In this document: piece by piece, positions 10,431 through 20,114 of the stretch
Layout: the number at the start of each line of letters is the position of its first letter
How positions within the stretch are numbered: position 1 is the first letter of the stretch
Sequence record: OM728297.1
Reading direction: 5' to 3' (one strand)
DNA length: 64,000 nucleotides
Notes under the pieces: model-generated
The model's input: the letters and a program-made list of their open reading frames with translations, nothing else
Told to the model about the DNA's origin: nothing
Databases searched by the model: none
Translations under genes and position numbers: made by a program

Positions 10431-10812
10431 CTAATAATTCCACTCCTTTTATAAATACACTTCTATCTCTCTCTGTTCCTCGTTTTTGGAATTTACATAT
10501 AAGCTTTGCGTTATTATACCTTTCACATATATAATCAGCGCTTTTAGCAAAATTTTCTTTTCCCCAGTTTCTATCACCACTTGCGGCAACTCCTACAAGG
10601 TATTCACCATTATGCTTTAGAAATTCCATAGTTGAGGTTGGAGGTAGTCCGTTTTGTTTTACTCCATCAATCCTTAAGGTAGTTGTATAAGTTACTAATA
10701 CAAATGGCTCTTCTACAATTAGATCCTTACTTATACGTTTAGCGTTAGTAAAACCACAATCCTTTACAAAAGATCTGGTACTACCAGTTCTGGTATCATA
10801 TATGATTAACAT
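10393..10812 (-). CDS. nrdI: Flavodoxin NrdI
   Basis: YDTRTGST, EPFVLVTYT, GVAASGDRNWG, FAKSAD; directly upstream of nrdE. Confidence 0.92.
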   Translation of the reverse strand: MLIIYDTRTGSTRSFVKDCGFTNAKRISKDLIVEEPFVLVTYTTTLRIDGVKQNGLPPTSTMEFLKHNGEYLVGVAASGDRNWGKENFAKSADYICERYNNAKLICKFQKRGTERDRSVFIKGVELLDEGLSQIQQQYH

Positions 10813-10825
10813 ATAATTCCCCCTA

Positions 10826-11866
10826 TTAAGGAAGTGTTATTCCTTTTGTTAATTCAATTTTAGATTTTTCTACCCCATAATCTTTTACTATCTTATTGTA
10901 AAAGATATTAAGACCATTAAATCTTGCAAGCCTATTATTCTTAATAATATACTTATAAAAATCTAAGGTAACATCTTTATCTGAATATATTTCAATATCT
11001 ACATTCAAGAGTGATAATGATGCTAGGTGATCTAAAACAAGTAAAAAGGATGTTCCATTACCAGAAACGTATAAAGGTTTGTCGTCTTTGTTATAGATAT
11101 GATTGTTTACCCCAATCAAATCTATGATTCCCTCAGTCATGATAATTTTATGTTCTGATTCAGACAAGTCTAATTTTTTCTTTAAAGCATATAGCTTTTT
11201 TGATTCTACCATATCAGGAAACAACGAAAAATTATGATAACGAAATCCAGTAATTTTTGGATCAAGACTTCTACAGATGATAGTATTCTTATCTGCCGTT
11301 AGAAAACCTATAGAATGTTCTTGTACCTTTTTAAATAAATTCTTTTGTTTATCATTTTTAATTCTCTTTGTAATATCGATATTATTATTCTTGAAGAAAT
11401 CAATTGGATTTAAGACAATTTTATACTTCTCTAGATCACTCTCAACAAAATCAATTTTTAATCTATCGGATAGGTATCTTATTTTCTTATTCTCCAATTC
11501 TGTATACTGATTAGGATAGAAATTTATTATCCTATCATTATTAAAATAATTAATTTCACTACCATATTTATATGATAATTTCTTTTTATAAGATATATTA
11601 GCTTCATTAATGTGACTTATTAAATTATAGTCAGCAATTTTAAGTCTGCTTAGGAAATTTGATGTTATAATTCCACTAGAATGACACTTCTGACAGTAAT
11701 ATTTATATGGCGCTCTATTCATTATGTAAAAGTGAGCACTATTTGGATCTTTAGTACTGTCTCCACAGAAAATACACCTAATAAAAATCTCATCTTTTTT
11801 TCCTGATAATCCACAAACACGTAGTTTAGATTTTAGATGTGAATACAAGAGGTTATTGTTCATCAA
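10826..11866 (-). CDS. DNA primase (Zn finger + TOPRIM, T4 gp61/DnaG-like)
   Basis: RCIFCGDS...YCQKC zinc finger; TEGIID and IYSDKD TOPRIM motifs. Confidence 0.8.
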   Translation of the reverse strand: MMNNNLLYSHLKSKLRVCGLSGKKDEIFIRCIFCGDSTKDPNSAHFYIMNRAPYKYYCQKCHSSGIITSNFLSRLKIADYNLISHINEANISYKKKLSYKYGSEINYFNNDRIINFYPNQYTELENKKIRYLSDRLKIDFVESDLEKYKIVLNPIDFFKNNNIDITKRIKNDKQKNLFKKVQEHSIGFLTADKNTIICRSLDPKITGFRYHNFSLFPDMVESKKLYALKKKLDLSESEHKIIMTEGIIDLIGVNNHIYNKDDKPLYVSGNGTSFLLVLDHLASLSLLNVDIEIYSDKDVTLDFYKYIIKNNRLARFNGLNIFYNKIVKDYGVEKSKIELTKGITLP

Positions 11867-11940
11867 ATCCTTCTCCCATAGTTTAGTACTAAAAAACTGT
11901 TAAATTATCTCTTTAAAAGATCTTCAAAATAAAAAATTTA

Positions 11941-11976
11941 AAAGGACAATACCTTTAGTTGGTATTGTCCTTTTTA
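11941..11976. terminator. Intrinsic terminator after the sigma-like gene
   Basis: 13-bp stem AAAGGACAATACC/GGTATTGTCCTTT. Confidence 0.7.
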
Positions 11977-13371
11977 TTAGATACACAATAACATATCAAG
12001 AACTTCTTCTGCTAAATGATCCGTAGAGAAATCTACTTCTTTATTTTCTTTATTCATAAACTTAGCATTTTTAATTGTCATTAACTGAAGGATAACATTA
12101 TTTTTGTCCAAGATATTTTTAATAGGAAGATAACTCTTAAGAAGATAAGAATATTTATCAGAATGAATAATTTTATCAACAAGCTTTTTACGATTATTCA
12201 TTTTTCTAACATTTGGTGCAATAGCACAACTTAAAATCTCTGGAATAATACTAAAATTCATTTCCCCAAGTTCTCTCGTCATTCCATATAATAAATAAAA
12301 GATATCATTTTTATTAGAATTTACTTTAAACTTATTAGAATAATAAATCTTAACTAAATAAATCTGAATGGAGTTTAATTCTCTTCCATTAATAAATTCT
12401 TTCATTACTTCATCAGTTACATTATATTTCTTTTTAATTTTTGCAATTTCCTGTTTAATACTACATTCGTTAATTATGGAATTACCTTGGTCATTTCTAA
12501 GCAAGTTAATTTCCATACGTTCTTGTTCTGATAGCTCCTCATCATCAGTTGTTTCTGCTTTAAGAGGTTTATAACTAATTGGATATTTAAATGTAAATAA
12601 GTATTTTAGTTTTTGTTTAATAACTACATCAAGATATGATATAACAGAACTATTATGTTTTAATTTAGGGAAGATTTTCTTAATAATTACTTTAAAATAA
12701 TCTTTTACAATGATCATTAAGTCAGTAGACATATTCTTTAAGTAAGTCCAAATAACTACATCTGAATATTTAGTTTCAAATACTCGACTGTAGATAATCT
12801 TATATAATTTATTGAGTGCATTCTTTTTACCATCATCAAAACTTTTAATGACTTCTTTAAAAATATCATAAACCAAAACTTCGTTAATATCATCATCACA
12901 ATTAAAGTCACAGAGTATTGGTATTAAAATTCTCATCAATACTGAACTCTTAAGATAAATCTTATTAAGGTTATCTGTTACCTGAAGTTCAATATTAATT
13001 TTCTTTCCTTTACTTGCTTGGTTGAGATCAAGATCATATTCTTCTTCTACAATATCTGAGATGACATTTAATAATTTCTCATTCTTAATAAATAATCTTT
13101 CAATGTCACTATAGAATTCCATATGAGTATAATTTTCTTTTGTAGCCATATTATACCGAATTTCTAATAATGAATATGCTAAGTCATTATATTTATTAAG
13201 TACTAAATTTAGATCATCACTAATCTGGTCTAAACAGTTATAGTATGATCTCTTATTAATTGAGAAATTATTCATGTGAGAGATGTCATCCCTCCCAAAT
13301 AATTTATCAAACGCAATATTAATGTCTCTTGCTTGTTCATCAAAGCTTACATAATTCTCCAAAATGTCCAT
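11977..13371 (-). CDS. Promoter-specificity (sigma-like) subunit of non-virion RNA polymerase, AR9 gp226-like
   Basis: 464 aa beginning MDILENYVSFDEQARD; sequence and length recognised from memory as AR9 gp226; two genes from the chaperonin; preceded by early promoter motif. Confidence 0.85.
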   Translation of the reverse strand: MDILENYVSFDEQARDINIAFDKLFGRDDISHMNNFSINKRSYYNCLDQISDDLNLVLNKYNDLAYSLLEIRYNMATKENYTHMEFYSDIERLFIKNEKLLNVISDIVEEEYDLDLNQASKGKKINIELQVTDNLNKIYLKSSVLMRILIPILCDFNCDDDINEVLVYDIFKEVIKSFDDGKKNALNKLYKIIYSRVFETKYSDVVIWTYLKNMSTDLMIIVKDYFKVIIKKIFPKLKHNSSVISYLDVVIKQKLKYLFTFKYPISYKPLKAETTDDEELSEQERMEINLLRNDQGNSIINECSIKQEIAKIKKKYNVTDEVMKEFINGRELNSIQIYLVKIYYSNKFKVNSNKNDIFYLLYGMTRELGEMNFSIIPEILSCAIAPNVRKMNNRKKLVDKIIHSDKYSYLLKSYLPIKNILDKNNVILQLMTIKNAKFMNKENKEVDFSTDHLAEEVLDMLLCI

Positions 13372-13408
13372 ACCTCCTATATTATTTCATGATGTGAGAA
13401 TCTTTTTT

Positions 13409-13421
13409 ATAATATATATTT
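13409..13421 (-). promoter_or_regulatory. Early-type promoter motif AAATATATATTAT
   Basis: Exact 13-mer, one of 8 intergenic copies, oriented toward the downstream gene. Confidence 0.7.
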
Positions 13422-13432
13422 AAAGTGTTATA

Positions 13433-14257
13433 TTACTTTTTCTTCTTTCTAACACTCATATTTTTCTTCATGTCTCTTTTCATGTTAGGACGTTTATTTC
13501 TTTCTTGAGGATTTTTCTTAAGAGACTTTCTAGTTGTAGGACGACTATTAGATTTCTGAGAGTCTTCCTTCAAAGTTTTTCTCACTTCTCCATTATAACT
13601 ATTTTTCTCTTTCTTCGCAACTCTTTTTTGAGATTTCTTCTTAGACATTTCATTGTTCTTAACTCTATTATATTGCTTTAACTTTTCGTCAGTTGAATCA
13701 ACTGCTTTAAGTAAAAGATTCTTAGAGAATTTTTTAATACTATTAGCGTTAATAACAGACTTAACATTAAATCTTCTATGCTTGATATATAATAATGCAA
13801 AATAAACACTTTTTTCAAATCCATAAGATTGAATTGGATTTCGTGTATTAGGAGGTTCATTCAAAGCTTTATCAGATATTTTTTTCTTAAGGAAATCAAT
13901 TAGAATTCCATCTTGATTATACACATATGCATACGTAAATAGAAAGTTAGGTGCATTACTAAATAATCTTACACTATAGTTATTGAATGTAAAATCTGAG
14001 TTAGCTTGATCGTTTATTGGAGAAAATTGTAATACAACATCATAAAATAATTTTTCATAAGTTTCTGATGGTATTTTAAAATAAAAATAATAAATATCTT
14101 TATCTTTCATTATTTCTAATTTAAAGTCTTTATGTTGCTTCATCATTTCATAAAATCTATCTTTTAGGTTTTGAATAGTAATATCCCTTCTTGCAAAGTA
14201 AGCTGAATATTTACCAGAAGGATTTTGTAATAATTGATTCATTGTTACAATTGCCAC
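13433..14257 (-). CDS. Hypothetical protein with Lys/Arg-rich C-terminal tail
   Basis: 274 aa; globular N-terminal part (YDVVLQF, FSNAPNFLFTYAY) and about 80 aa basic low-complexity tail. Confidence 0.6.
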   Translation of the reverse strand: MAIVTMNQLLQNPSGKYSAYFARRDITIQNLKDRFYEMMKQHKDFKLEIMKDKDIYYFYFKIPSETYEKLFYDVVLQFSPINDQANSDFTFNNYSVRLFSNAPNFLFTYAYVYNQDGILIDFLKKKISDKALNEPPNTRNPIQSYGFEKSVYFALLYIKHRRFNVKSVINANSIKKFSKNLLLKAVDSTDEKLKQYNRVKNNEMSKKKSQKRVAKKEKNSYNGEVRKTLKEDSQKSNSRPTTRKSLKKNPQERNKRPNMKRDMKKNMSVRKKKK

Positions 14258-14328
14258 TATATTTCCTCCTTTAGAAAATATATTGATTAGACATTATAAA
14301 TGTTTTATAATGTCTAATCATTTTAAGA

Positions 14329-16020
14329 TTATTGCTGATACTGAACGGAAACGAATTGATTACTAGTAACTAGAAGACCAATGATACTAAAAGTAGCTTT
14401 CATTATTTCAATATCAGTTTGTGTTGAGTTAATAATTTTAGTATTACTAATATCTTCAAATTCATCAGTCTTAAGATTGTAAATTTTATCATTAACAATA
14501 CACTCTGAAATAATATCATCAATTAGATTTTCATTATCTTCAAACTTATTCATTAAAACAGTCTCAAAAGAATTTCTGAATGCTTGTTTGATCTTAATAC
14601 TAAATTCTTTGATAAAATTATATTTCTCATCATCATTGAAATATCTAAATAGGGATTTATCGGAAATAATTTTTTCAATAATATCATCTAAATTCTTATC
14701 AATAATTCTAGGAATAATTAAATTTCCACCAGAGATATAACCATTACGTAAAGCCGAACGACACGCAAAAACTGCATCTTCCATAAGAAATTTACGAGTT
14801 TCTTTTTCTAACTCTGTACTTCCTCCGATAAAGAGGTTAGCAATAGAACAATTCAAATCTGCAATTCTTTTTTTAATTTTGTACTCATCTTCTGTAGTGT
14901 CAATATATTTTTCACGTTTACTAATTTCTTCTAATCGTGTATTTAAATACTCAATTCGCTCTTTGATTGCTTCAGGATCCCCTTGACCTTCAATAAGCTT
15001 TGATGTATTTTCATTAACTGTTACTTTATTACATTTTCCTAGTTTATCAATATCAAACTTTTGTAATTGTCCCATTTCAAATTTATCATAGATAGTAGCA
15101 CCCAAATAAATAGCAAGATCCTCAAATGATTCACGATGATGATCAGTAGCAAGAGCATAATCAATTGCTACCATTCTACCTTTTAATTCATCTCTTCTAT
15201 GATTAATTCTTAGCATATTAGCTATTTCTGAAGAGTAACCTTTAGATATGATAACTAATGGTTTATTTCTATCAAAAATAACTTCTCCCATTAAATCAGC
15301 AAGGATTTTTTGATCTTCTAAGTCTAAAGTTTGATTAGACATAAATACTAAAGCATCTTTAAATTCTCCAGTTACTTTATCTACCTGATTTGCAAAATCA
15401 TTGGTAATATAACCTCTATTTAATTCAATTCCTTTTGTTACAGTATAACTATCTACTACATCATCAGATAATTCTAAGCTAATGAATCCATCAGCACCAA
15501 TCTCTTTGTATATATTATAAATAATTTGACCTGCTTTTTCATCATTATTATTGGATACGGTAGCAATCTCTTTAATAATATCAAAATTTTCTTCTGTAAT
15601 TTCAGTTGCTTCCTTTTTAATAAATTCTACTAATACTTCTTCAAATTTAGCCAGCGTATCAATAATATCTTTACGAGGTACTTTAAATTCAGAGATCAAT
15701 GAGTCTAATTCCTTAAATAGAGAGTTTGATACTACAATAGCAGAAGTTGAACCATCTCCAACTTCACGTACTAAGCTTCTACTAATTTTCTTTACAATAT
15801 CTAAAATTGTTGAAGCAATTTCATTATCGAATTTAATTTTATTTAAGATACTATAACCATCTTTTGTAATTGCATGGTTTACTGTTAATTTATCTTGAAT
15901 AATAGAAGTTGAACCATACGGTCCAAGACTATTAGAGAGAATGGTTGTAAGTGTATTTAAGGTTTCTGTAATTACTTCTTTTGTTTTACTTTGATTTGCT
16001 ACATTTGAATTTACTGACAT
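14329..16020 (-). CDS. groEL: Phage GroEL-like chaperonin (AR9 gp228-like)
   Basis: LGPYG, ITKDGYSIL, EVGDGSTSAIV, GGST, SGGN; no groES adjacent. Confidence 0.92.
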   Translation of the reverse strand: MSVNSNVANQSKTKEVITETLNTLTTILSNSLGPYGSTSIIQDKLTVNHAITKDGYSILNKIKFDNEIASTILDIVKKISRSLVREVGDGSTSAIVVSNSLFKELDSLISEFKVPRKDIIDTLAKFEEVLVEFIKKEATEITEENFDIIKEIATVSNNNDEKAGQIIYNIYKEIGADGFISLELSDDVVDSYTVTKGIELNRGYITNDFANQVDKVTGEFKDALVFMSNQTLDLEDQKILADLMGEVIFDRNKPLVIISKGYSSEIANMLRINHRRDELKGRMVAIDYALATDHHRESFEDLAIYLGATIYDKFEMGQLQKFDIDKLGKCNKVTVNENTSKLIEGQGDPEAIKERIEYLNTRLEEISKREKYIDTTEDEYKIKKRIADLNCSIANLFIGGSTELEKETRKFLMEDAVFACRSALRNGYISGGNLIIPRIIDKNLDDIIEKIISDKSLFRYFNDDEKYNFIKEFSIKIKQAFRNSFETVLMNKFEDNENLIDDIISECIVNDKIYNLKTDEFEDISNTKIINSTQTDIEIMKATFSIIGLLVTSNQFVSVQYQQ

Positions 16021-16073
16021 AACATATTTCCTCCTGATTTTCTTTCTTTTTGGCTTGGAACATAGAAAAATTA

Positions 16074-16406
16074 TTATTTTATTAAGAATACTATTTCATT
16101 TTCTGATAAAACTTTTACTTCATCTACATATTTATGATTATTAATAACTTCTATGGCTTTTTCTTTATTTTTATCTGATAATAATTTAATATGACAATTT
16201 TTAAAGGTATTAATTGCGTTATCATCAGAGAGGTTCTCGCATAGAAAACCTCTTACAATTTTATAAAATTCTATATTGCTTAGTATTTCAATAATTTTTA
16301 AAGCATTTTCTCTATATTCTAAACCTTTAAAAAAATTTTCTGATTTATACTCTTCATTATCTGTTTTAGTTAATTCACCATAGATGATATAATTTTCATT
16401 GTTCAT
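16074..16406 (-). CDS. Hypothetical protein
   Basis: 110 aa ORF with RBS GAGGG. Confidence 0.55.
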   Translation of the reverse strand: MNNENYIIYGELTKTDNEEYKSENFFKGLEYRENALKIIEILSNIEFYKIVRGFLCENLSDDNAINTFKNCHIKLLSDKNKEKAIEVINNHKYVDEVKVLSENEIVFLIK

Positions 16407-16458
16407 CTTTCCCTCTACCTTTCTTTCCCCTCATGAGAGTAAAAGAAGAACATACTTA

Positions 16459-16761
16459 CTATTTCTTATTAGTAATAGTTTTAGGTTTTTCTTTTGAATC
16501 TTGTTGAGCCTTCATTATTTTTTTAGCTTCTTTTTCAACTTGTTTTGCTTTTTCCTTCTCCAGACTGATTAGCATTGATAGATCCATATTGATCATTTCG
16601 CTGATACTTATTTTACCATCAAATAAGTCCAAAAGGTATAACTGGTATTTAGCATCCAGTTCAGTCTTTCGTTTAAGACCACCTTTTAATCCTCCTGAAG
16701 AAGACGATGAAAAAGCATTTCTTCCATATCGATCTCGATATCTCCTAACTGTTCTCCGCAA
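16459..16761 (-). CDS. Small tail/baseplate assembly protein (T4 gp51 / tail-chaperone-like); true start uncertain, possibly frameshift-accessed
   Basis: Helical motif LLDLFDGKISISEMINMDL; listed TTG start lies 76 nt inside the upstream gene with no RBS. Confidence 0.45.
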   Translation of the reverse strand: MRRTVRRYRDRYGRNAFSSSSSGGLKGGLKRKTELDAKYQLYLLDLFDGKISISEMINMDLSMLISLEKEKAKQVEKEAKKIMKAQQDSKEKPKTITNKK

Positions 16762-17900
16762 TTACTACATTTATGAGTTTTAATTTTATAATCAATAGCA
16801 TATTTTTCTGAACGATCAGAAATTGCTTGTGCTAATGCTTTAACATCTTCCACTTCTAAATTCTTAATAATTTGGAAGATTGACTCTTTATCATCAATTT
16901 TTACATATTTTACTTTATTATTAGCTTTAAGTTGTTGAATGTCGATTACATAAAGATTCTTAATAAACATCATTGTTGTTAAGATTTGCTCATTTTCTTG
17001 TAGCATCTCTGGATTTACTGAGCCGATCAATTCTAAATGATCATACAATGAAGGTGTTTGAATATCCAACAAAATCTTATCATGTGGTAATACAACACGG
17101 TTAAATTTATTAACAAGTGATTTTTCTAGCAACTCATTTACATTACTAACATTCCCAATAATCTCATGTAATTTAGCAAAAGTTTCTTCATCTTTTACGT
17201 CAACTAGTGTTTCATTATTAACGATAACAGTATTTGTTCCTTGGCAATGACCACAACTAATTTCAAAAGTACTATCAGTTGGATAAGTTTGACAATAAAT
17301 GCCATAGAGTAAAGTATTAAAATCATAGAATGAAGTAATTCTTAACCAATCTTTATAACTAATTTTTCCTAAAGATGTTGCATTAATTTTACTATATACA
17401 ATCTTATAAAGTTTTTGTCTAGAAGCAGAAGGAGACATAGTGGAATTTACAATAGAATTAATATCAGCCATTCTAATTGATTCCATATGTGCGATATATG
17501 CCGATTGGTTGGCAACAACTTGGAAAGTAGGTTTTCCATTTAGAATAAAATCAATATCAGATGTACTTTCTAATGGACTCTTTTCAGAAAATTCAATATT
17601 TGATACATCAATAGTAATACCACTAAGAATATCTCTTATATCTGAATTATCTGATGTTTTCTTTTTAGTACTTTTCTTTTTCGTTTGTGTTGATGTTTTC
17701 TTTTTAGAAACAGCTTTCTTTTTAGGTTTTTCTTCTACAATTTCTTCTTCAATATTTTCTTCCTCATCTTCAACAATACCTAGTTCTTCATGTAGATCTT
17801 CAATTTCCTCTTCACTTTTTAAACCAAAATCTTTAATCTCTTTTTCAGAAAGTTTTTTCATAACTTCTTGTCTTTTACTCATTATTTTGTCCTCCGTCAT
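16686..17900 (-). CDS. Baseplate hub assembly protein (T4 gp26-like) with acidic/basic N-terminal extension
   Basis: Two CxxC pairs (CGHC, CSNC), position after a gp25-like gene. Confidence 0.6.
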   Translation of the reverse strand: MTEDKIMSKRQEVMKKLSEKEIKDFGLKSEEEIEDLHEELGIVEDEEENIEEEIVEEKPKKKAVSKKKTSTQTKKKSTKKKTSDNSDIRDILSGITIDVSNIEFSEKSPLESTSDIDFILNGKPTFQVVANQSAYIAHMESIRMADINSIVNSTMSPSASRQKLYKIVYSKINATSLGKISYKDWLRITSFYDFNTLLYGIYCQTYPTDSTFEISCGHCQGTNTVIVNNETLVDVKDEETFAKLHEIIGNVSNVNELLEKSLVNKFNRVVLPHDKILLDIQTPSLYDHLELIGSVNPEMLQENEQILTTMMFIKNLYVIDIQQLKANNKVKYVKIDDKESIFQIIKNLEVEDVKALAQAISDRSEKYAIDYKIKTHKCSNCGEQLGDIEIDMEEMLFHRLLQED

Positions 17901-18322
17901 AAAATAATTTTAGATATAACTTTTTTATTACTTTGCCTACCAAATATAATAGTAATTTGATCAGGATCATTAGTAGTCTGAATATCTCTTGAAACAATAA
18001 AGGTAAAAACAAGTATTTTAGATCCTCTATCATTATCTACTGTATCCAAATCAAATTGTATTCCTATATTGGTTGGTATAAATTTACTTATTTGATTATC
18101 AACTTTTTCTTTTAATTCTTGTTTTAATTGATCATCAATAAATTCAAATTGATAATTTTCGATACCTACACCTAATTCTGGTTGATTAGGATATGTACCT
18201 TGTTCAATTATCATTAAATTTTGAATAGTCTGTGCTAATGCTTCTAAATCTTTCCTCTCAGCATTAGTGTTATATATACTCTTTTCCAAAAGGAGTTCAC
18301 TCTTAAATATATCATCAGCCAC
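17897..18322 (-). CDS. Baseplate wedge protein (gp25/GpW-like)
   Basis: IQNLMIIEQGTYPNQPELGVGIENYQFE matches gp25-family pattern. Confidence 0.75.
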   Translation of the reverse strand: MADDIFKSELLLEKSIYNTNAERKDLEALAQTIQNLMIIEQGTYPNQPELGVGIENYQFEFIDDQLKQELKEKVDNQISKFIPTNIGIQFDLDTVDNDRGSKILVFTFIVSRDIQTTNDPDQITIIFGRQSNKKVISKIIL

Positions 18323-18357
18323 TATAGTTCTAAGACCTCCTCCATTATTTCAGGTAA

Positions 18358-18369
18358 TATTGAAATGTT
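18358..18369 (-). promoter_or_regulatory. Late-type promoter AACA-N6-TA
   Basis: AACA TTTCAA TA upstream of baseplate operon. Confidence 0.5.
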
Positions 18370-18444
18370 AACAATTCTCCAAATTATAAAAAATAATAAA
18401 CAATATTTTATAAGACATAATAATGGGAAAGACGGTGAAAAATA

Positions 18445-19161
18445 ATGAAAATAGAAAAATGTCCATTTTGTTCTAATAAGTATAAAGACAAATCTTTTCT
18501 TTGTAATCATTTAGAAAATAAACATAAAGAACAGTTGAATGGTCTTTCCCCAGCACAGGTATATTTTAATTTTAAATATAATAAAACTGGTGGAAAATGT
18601 ATTATATGTAGAAAGTCTACTAAATGGAATGAAAGTACCAATAGATATGAGAGAATTTGTGATCGTAAAGAGACTAATTGTAGAGAGAAATATAGAGAAA
18701 TGTTTAAAAAACGTATGATGGGTAAGTATGGTAAGACTACTTTACTTGATGAACCAGAAATGCAAAAGAAGATGCTTGATTCTAGAAAGATATCTGGTGA
18801 ATATACTTGGACAAATAAAAAAGGTAAGACTAAATATACTGGTACTTATGAAAAAGATTTTTTAGAATTTTTAGATGTATTTTTACATTTTGAACCAAGT
18901 GATGTTATTAGTCCTGCCCCACAAGTTTTTTACTATGAATTTAATGGTAAAAAACACTTTTATATGCCAGATTTTTATATTACATCAATTAATACCATCA
19001 TAGAGATAAAAGCTTTTGATAATAAACATTATAGAGCTAGAGATATAGAACAAGAAAAAGCAAAGGATAAAGCAGTATTAAAAAGTAATTTTAATTATAT
19101 TAAAATTCATGATAAAGAATATGATGAATTTTTTGATTATCTTTTAAAATTTAAAGAATAA
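18445..19161 (+). CDS. C2H2 zinc finger plus PD-(D/E)xK (TnsA/T4 gp4-like) endonuclease
   Basis: CPFC-x12-H-x4-H; CIIC...C...C; YMPDFYI...IIEIK. Confidence 0.7.
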   Translation: MKIEKCPFCSNKYKDKSFLCNHLENKHKEQLNGLSPAQVYFNFKYNKTGGKCIICRKSTKWNESTNRYERICDRKETNCREKYREMFKKRMMGKYGKTTLLDEPEMQKKMLDSRKISGEYTWTNKKGKTKYTGTYEKDFLEFLDVFLHFEPSDVISPAPQVFYYEFNGKKHFYMPDFYITSINTIIEIKAFDNKHYRARDIEQEKAKDKAVLKSNFNYIKIHDKEYDEFFDYLLKFKE

Positions 19162-19274
19162 AGAAATAATAAATTAATAGGGTAAGTTAAAAAATAAAGA
19201 TAACTTTTTCTTAATAGAATTAGTTATCTTTATTAAATTTATTATTTTTAATAACCGTATTAAAATATTAAAAG

Positions 19275-19287
19275 AAATATATATTAT
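19275..19287 (+). promoter_or_regulatory. Early-type promoter motif AAATATATATTAT
   Basis: Exact 13-mer upstream of 19327. Confidence 0.7.
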
Positions 19288-19326
19288 ATAATTGAATAAA
19301 TAGGAGAACTAGGAGGTTCAATTATT

Positions 19327-20109
19327 ATGAGAATTATACTGGGGAATTATAATAAAGATAGGGGTACTACTATTTCATCTACTGAAGGAAAGTATTTCTA
19401 CCAAGATGTTTCGAATGATCAACAAGTATTTGAGGTTTATAAGAAATTTATAGATGTAGCTGAAATTGTTGGATTTGATGTATTACAGGCACATACACAT
19501 TTTAAAGATACTAGTGATATTTGGGAAATTATACAGATTGAATTAATTAGAGATGGTATTATTGAGGAATTTAATTATGATGAAGAGAATTATTGTACTT
19601 TTCCTGAGATACGAGACATTATTGATGTATCAAAAATGCTTATTATGGATAAGCTAGTAAAATTACCTATGTATCATTATTGGGAAGGACAAGTACATAT
19701 TGGGAAAACCATAGAAGAAGATCCAAGTAGACTTAAATTAGCTATTAATGAAATTCTTATTAAACCAAAAACAAGAATACTTGAGATGAGTGTATATATT
19801 TACATTTATATTGATGGACAAAGGAAAATTATCGACCTCCTAGAAGATTTTACATTAGATTTTAATTATATTAGAGATAAAAATAGAAAATTATTTAATT
19901 ATATTAATAGAGTTATTGATTATGCAAGAAATAATGTTGATTTCCCAGTGAACTTTGTGAGATTTCAAATTTCTAATGATAACATTATACGCAATATGAA
20001 AATTAGTGATCGAAATGCTGAAATGCTTGAATGTCTTTATATGAAAGTACAAAATGACAAATATGAAAATAAATATATACTACCTCTGTATAATATAAAA
20101 GGAGAATAA
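19327..20109 (+). CDS. Hypothetical early protein
   Basis: 260 aa, RBS AGGAGG. Confidence 0.65.
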   Translation: MRIILGNYNKDRGTTISSTEGKYFYQDVSNDQQVFEVYKKFIDVAEIVGFDVLQAHTHFKDTSDIWEIIQIELIRDGIIEEFNYDEENYCTFPEIRDIIDVSKMLIMDKLVKLPMYHYWEGQVHIGKTIEEDPSRLKLAINEILIKPKTRILEMSVYIYIYIDGQRKIIDLLEDFTLDFNYIRDKNRKLFNYINRVIDYARNNVDFPVNFVRFQISNDNIIRNMKISDRNAEMLECLYMKVQNDKYENKYILPLYNIKGE

Positions 20110-20114
20110 TAACA

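Noticed and set aside
14329-16020. Chaperonin without groES as a novelty
   Set aside because: GroES-independent AR9-type chaperonins are already described
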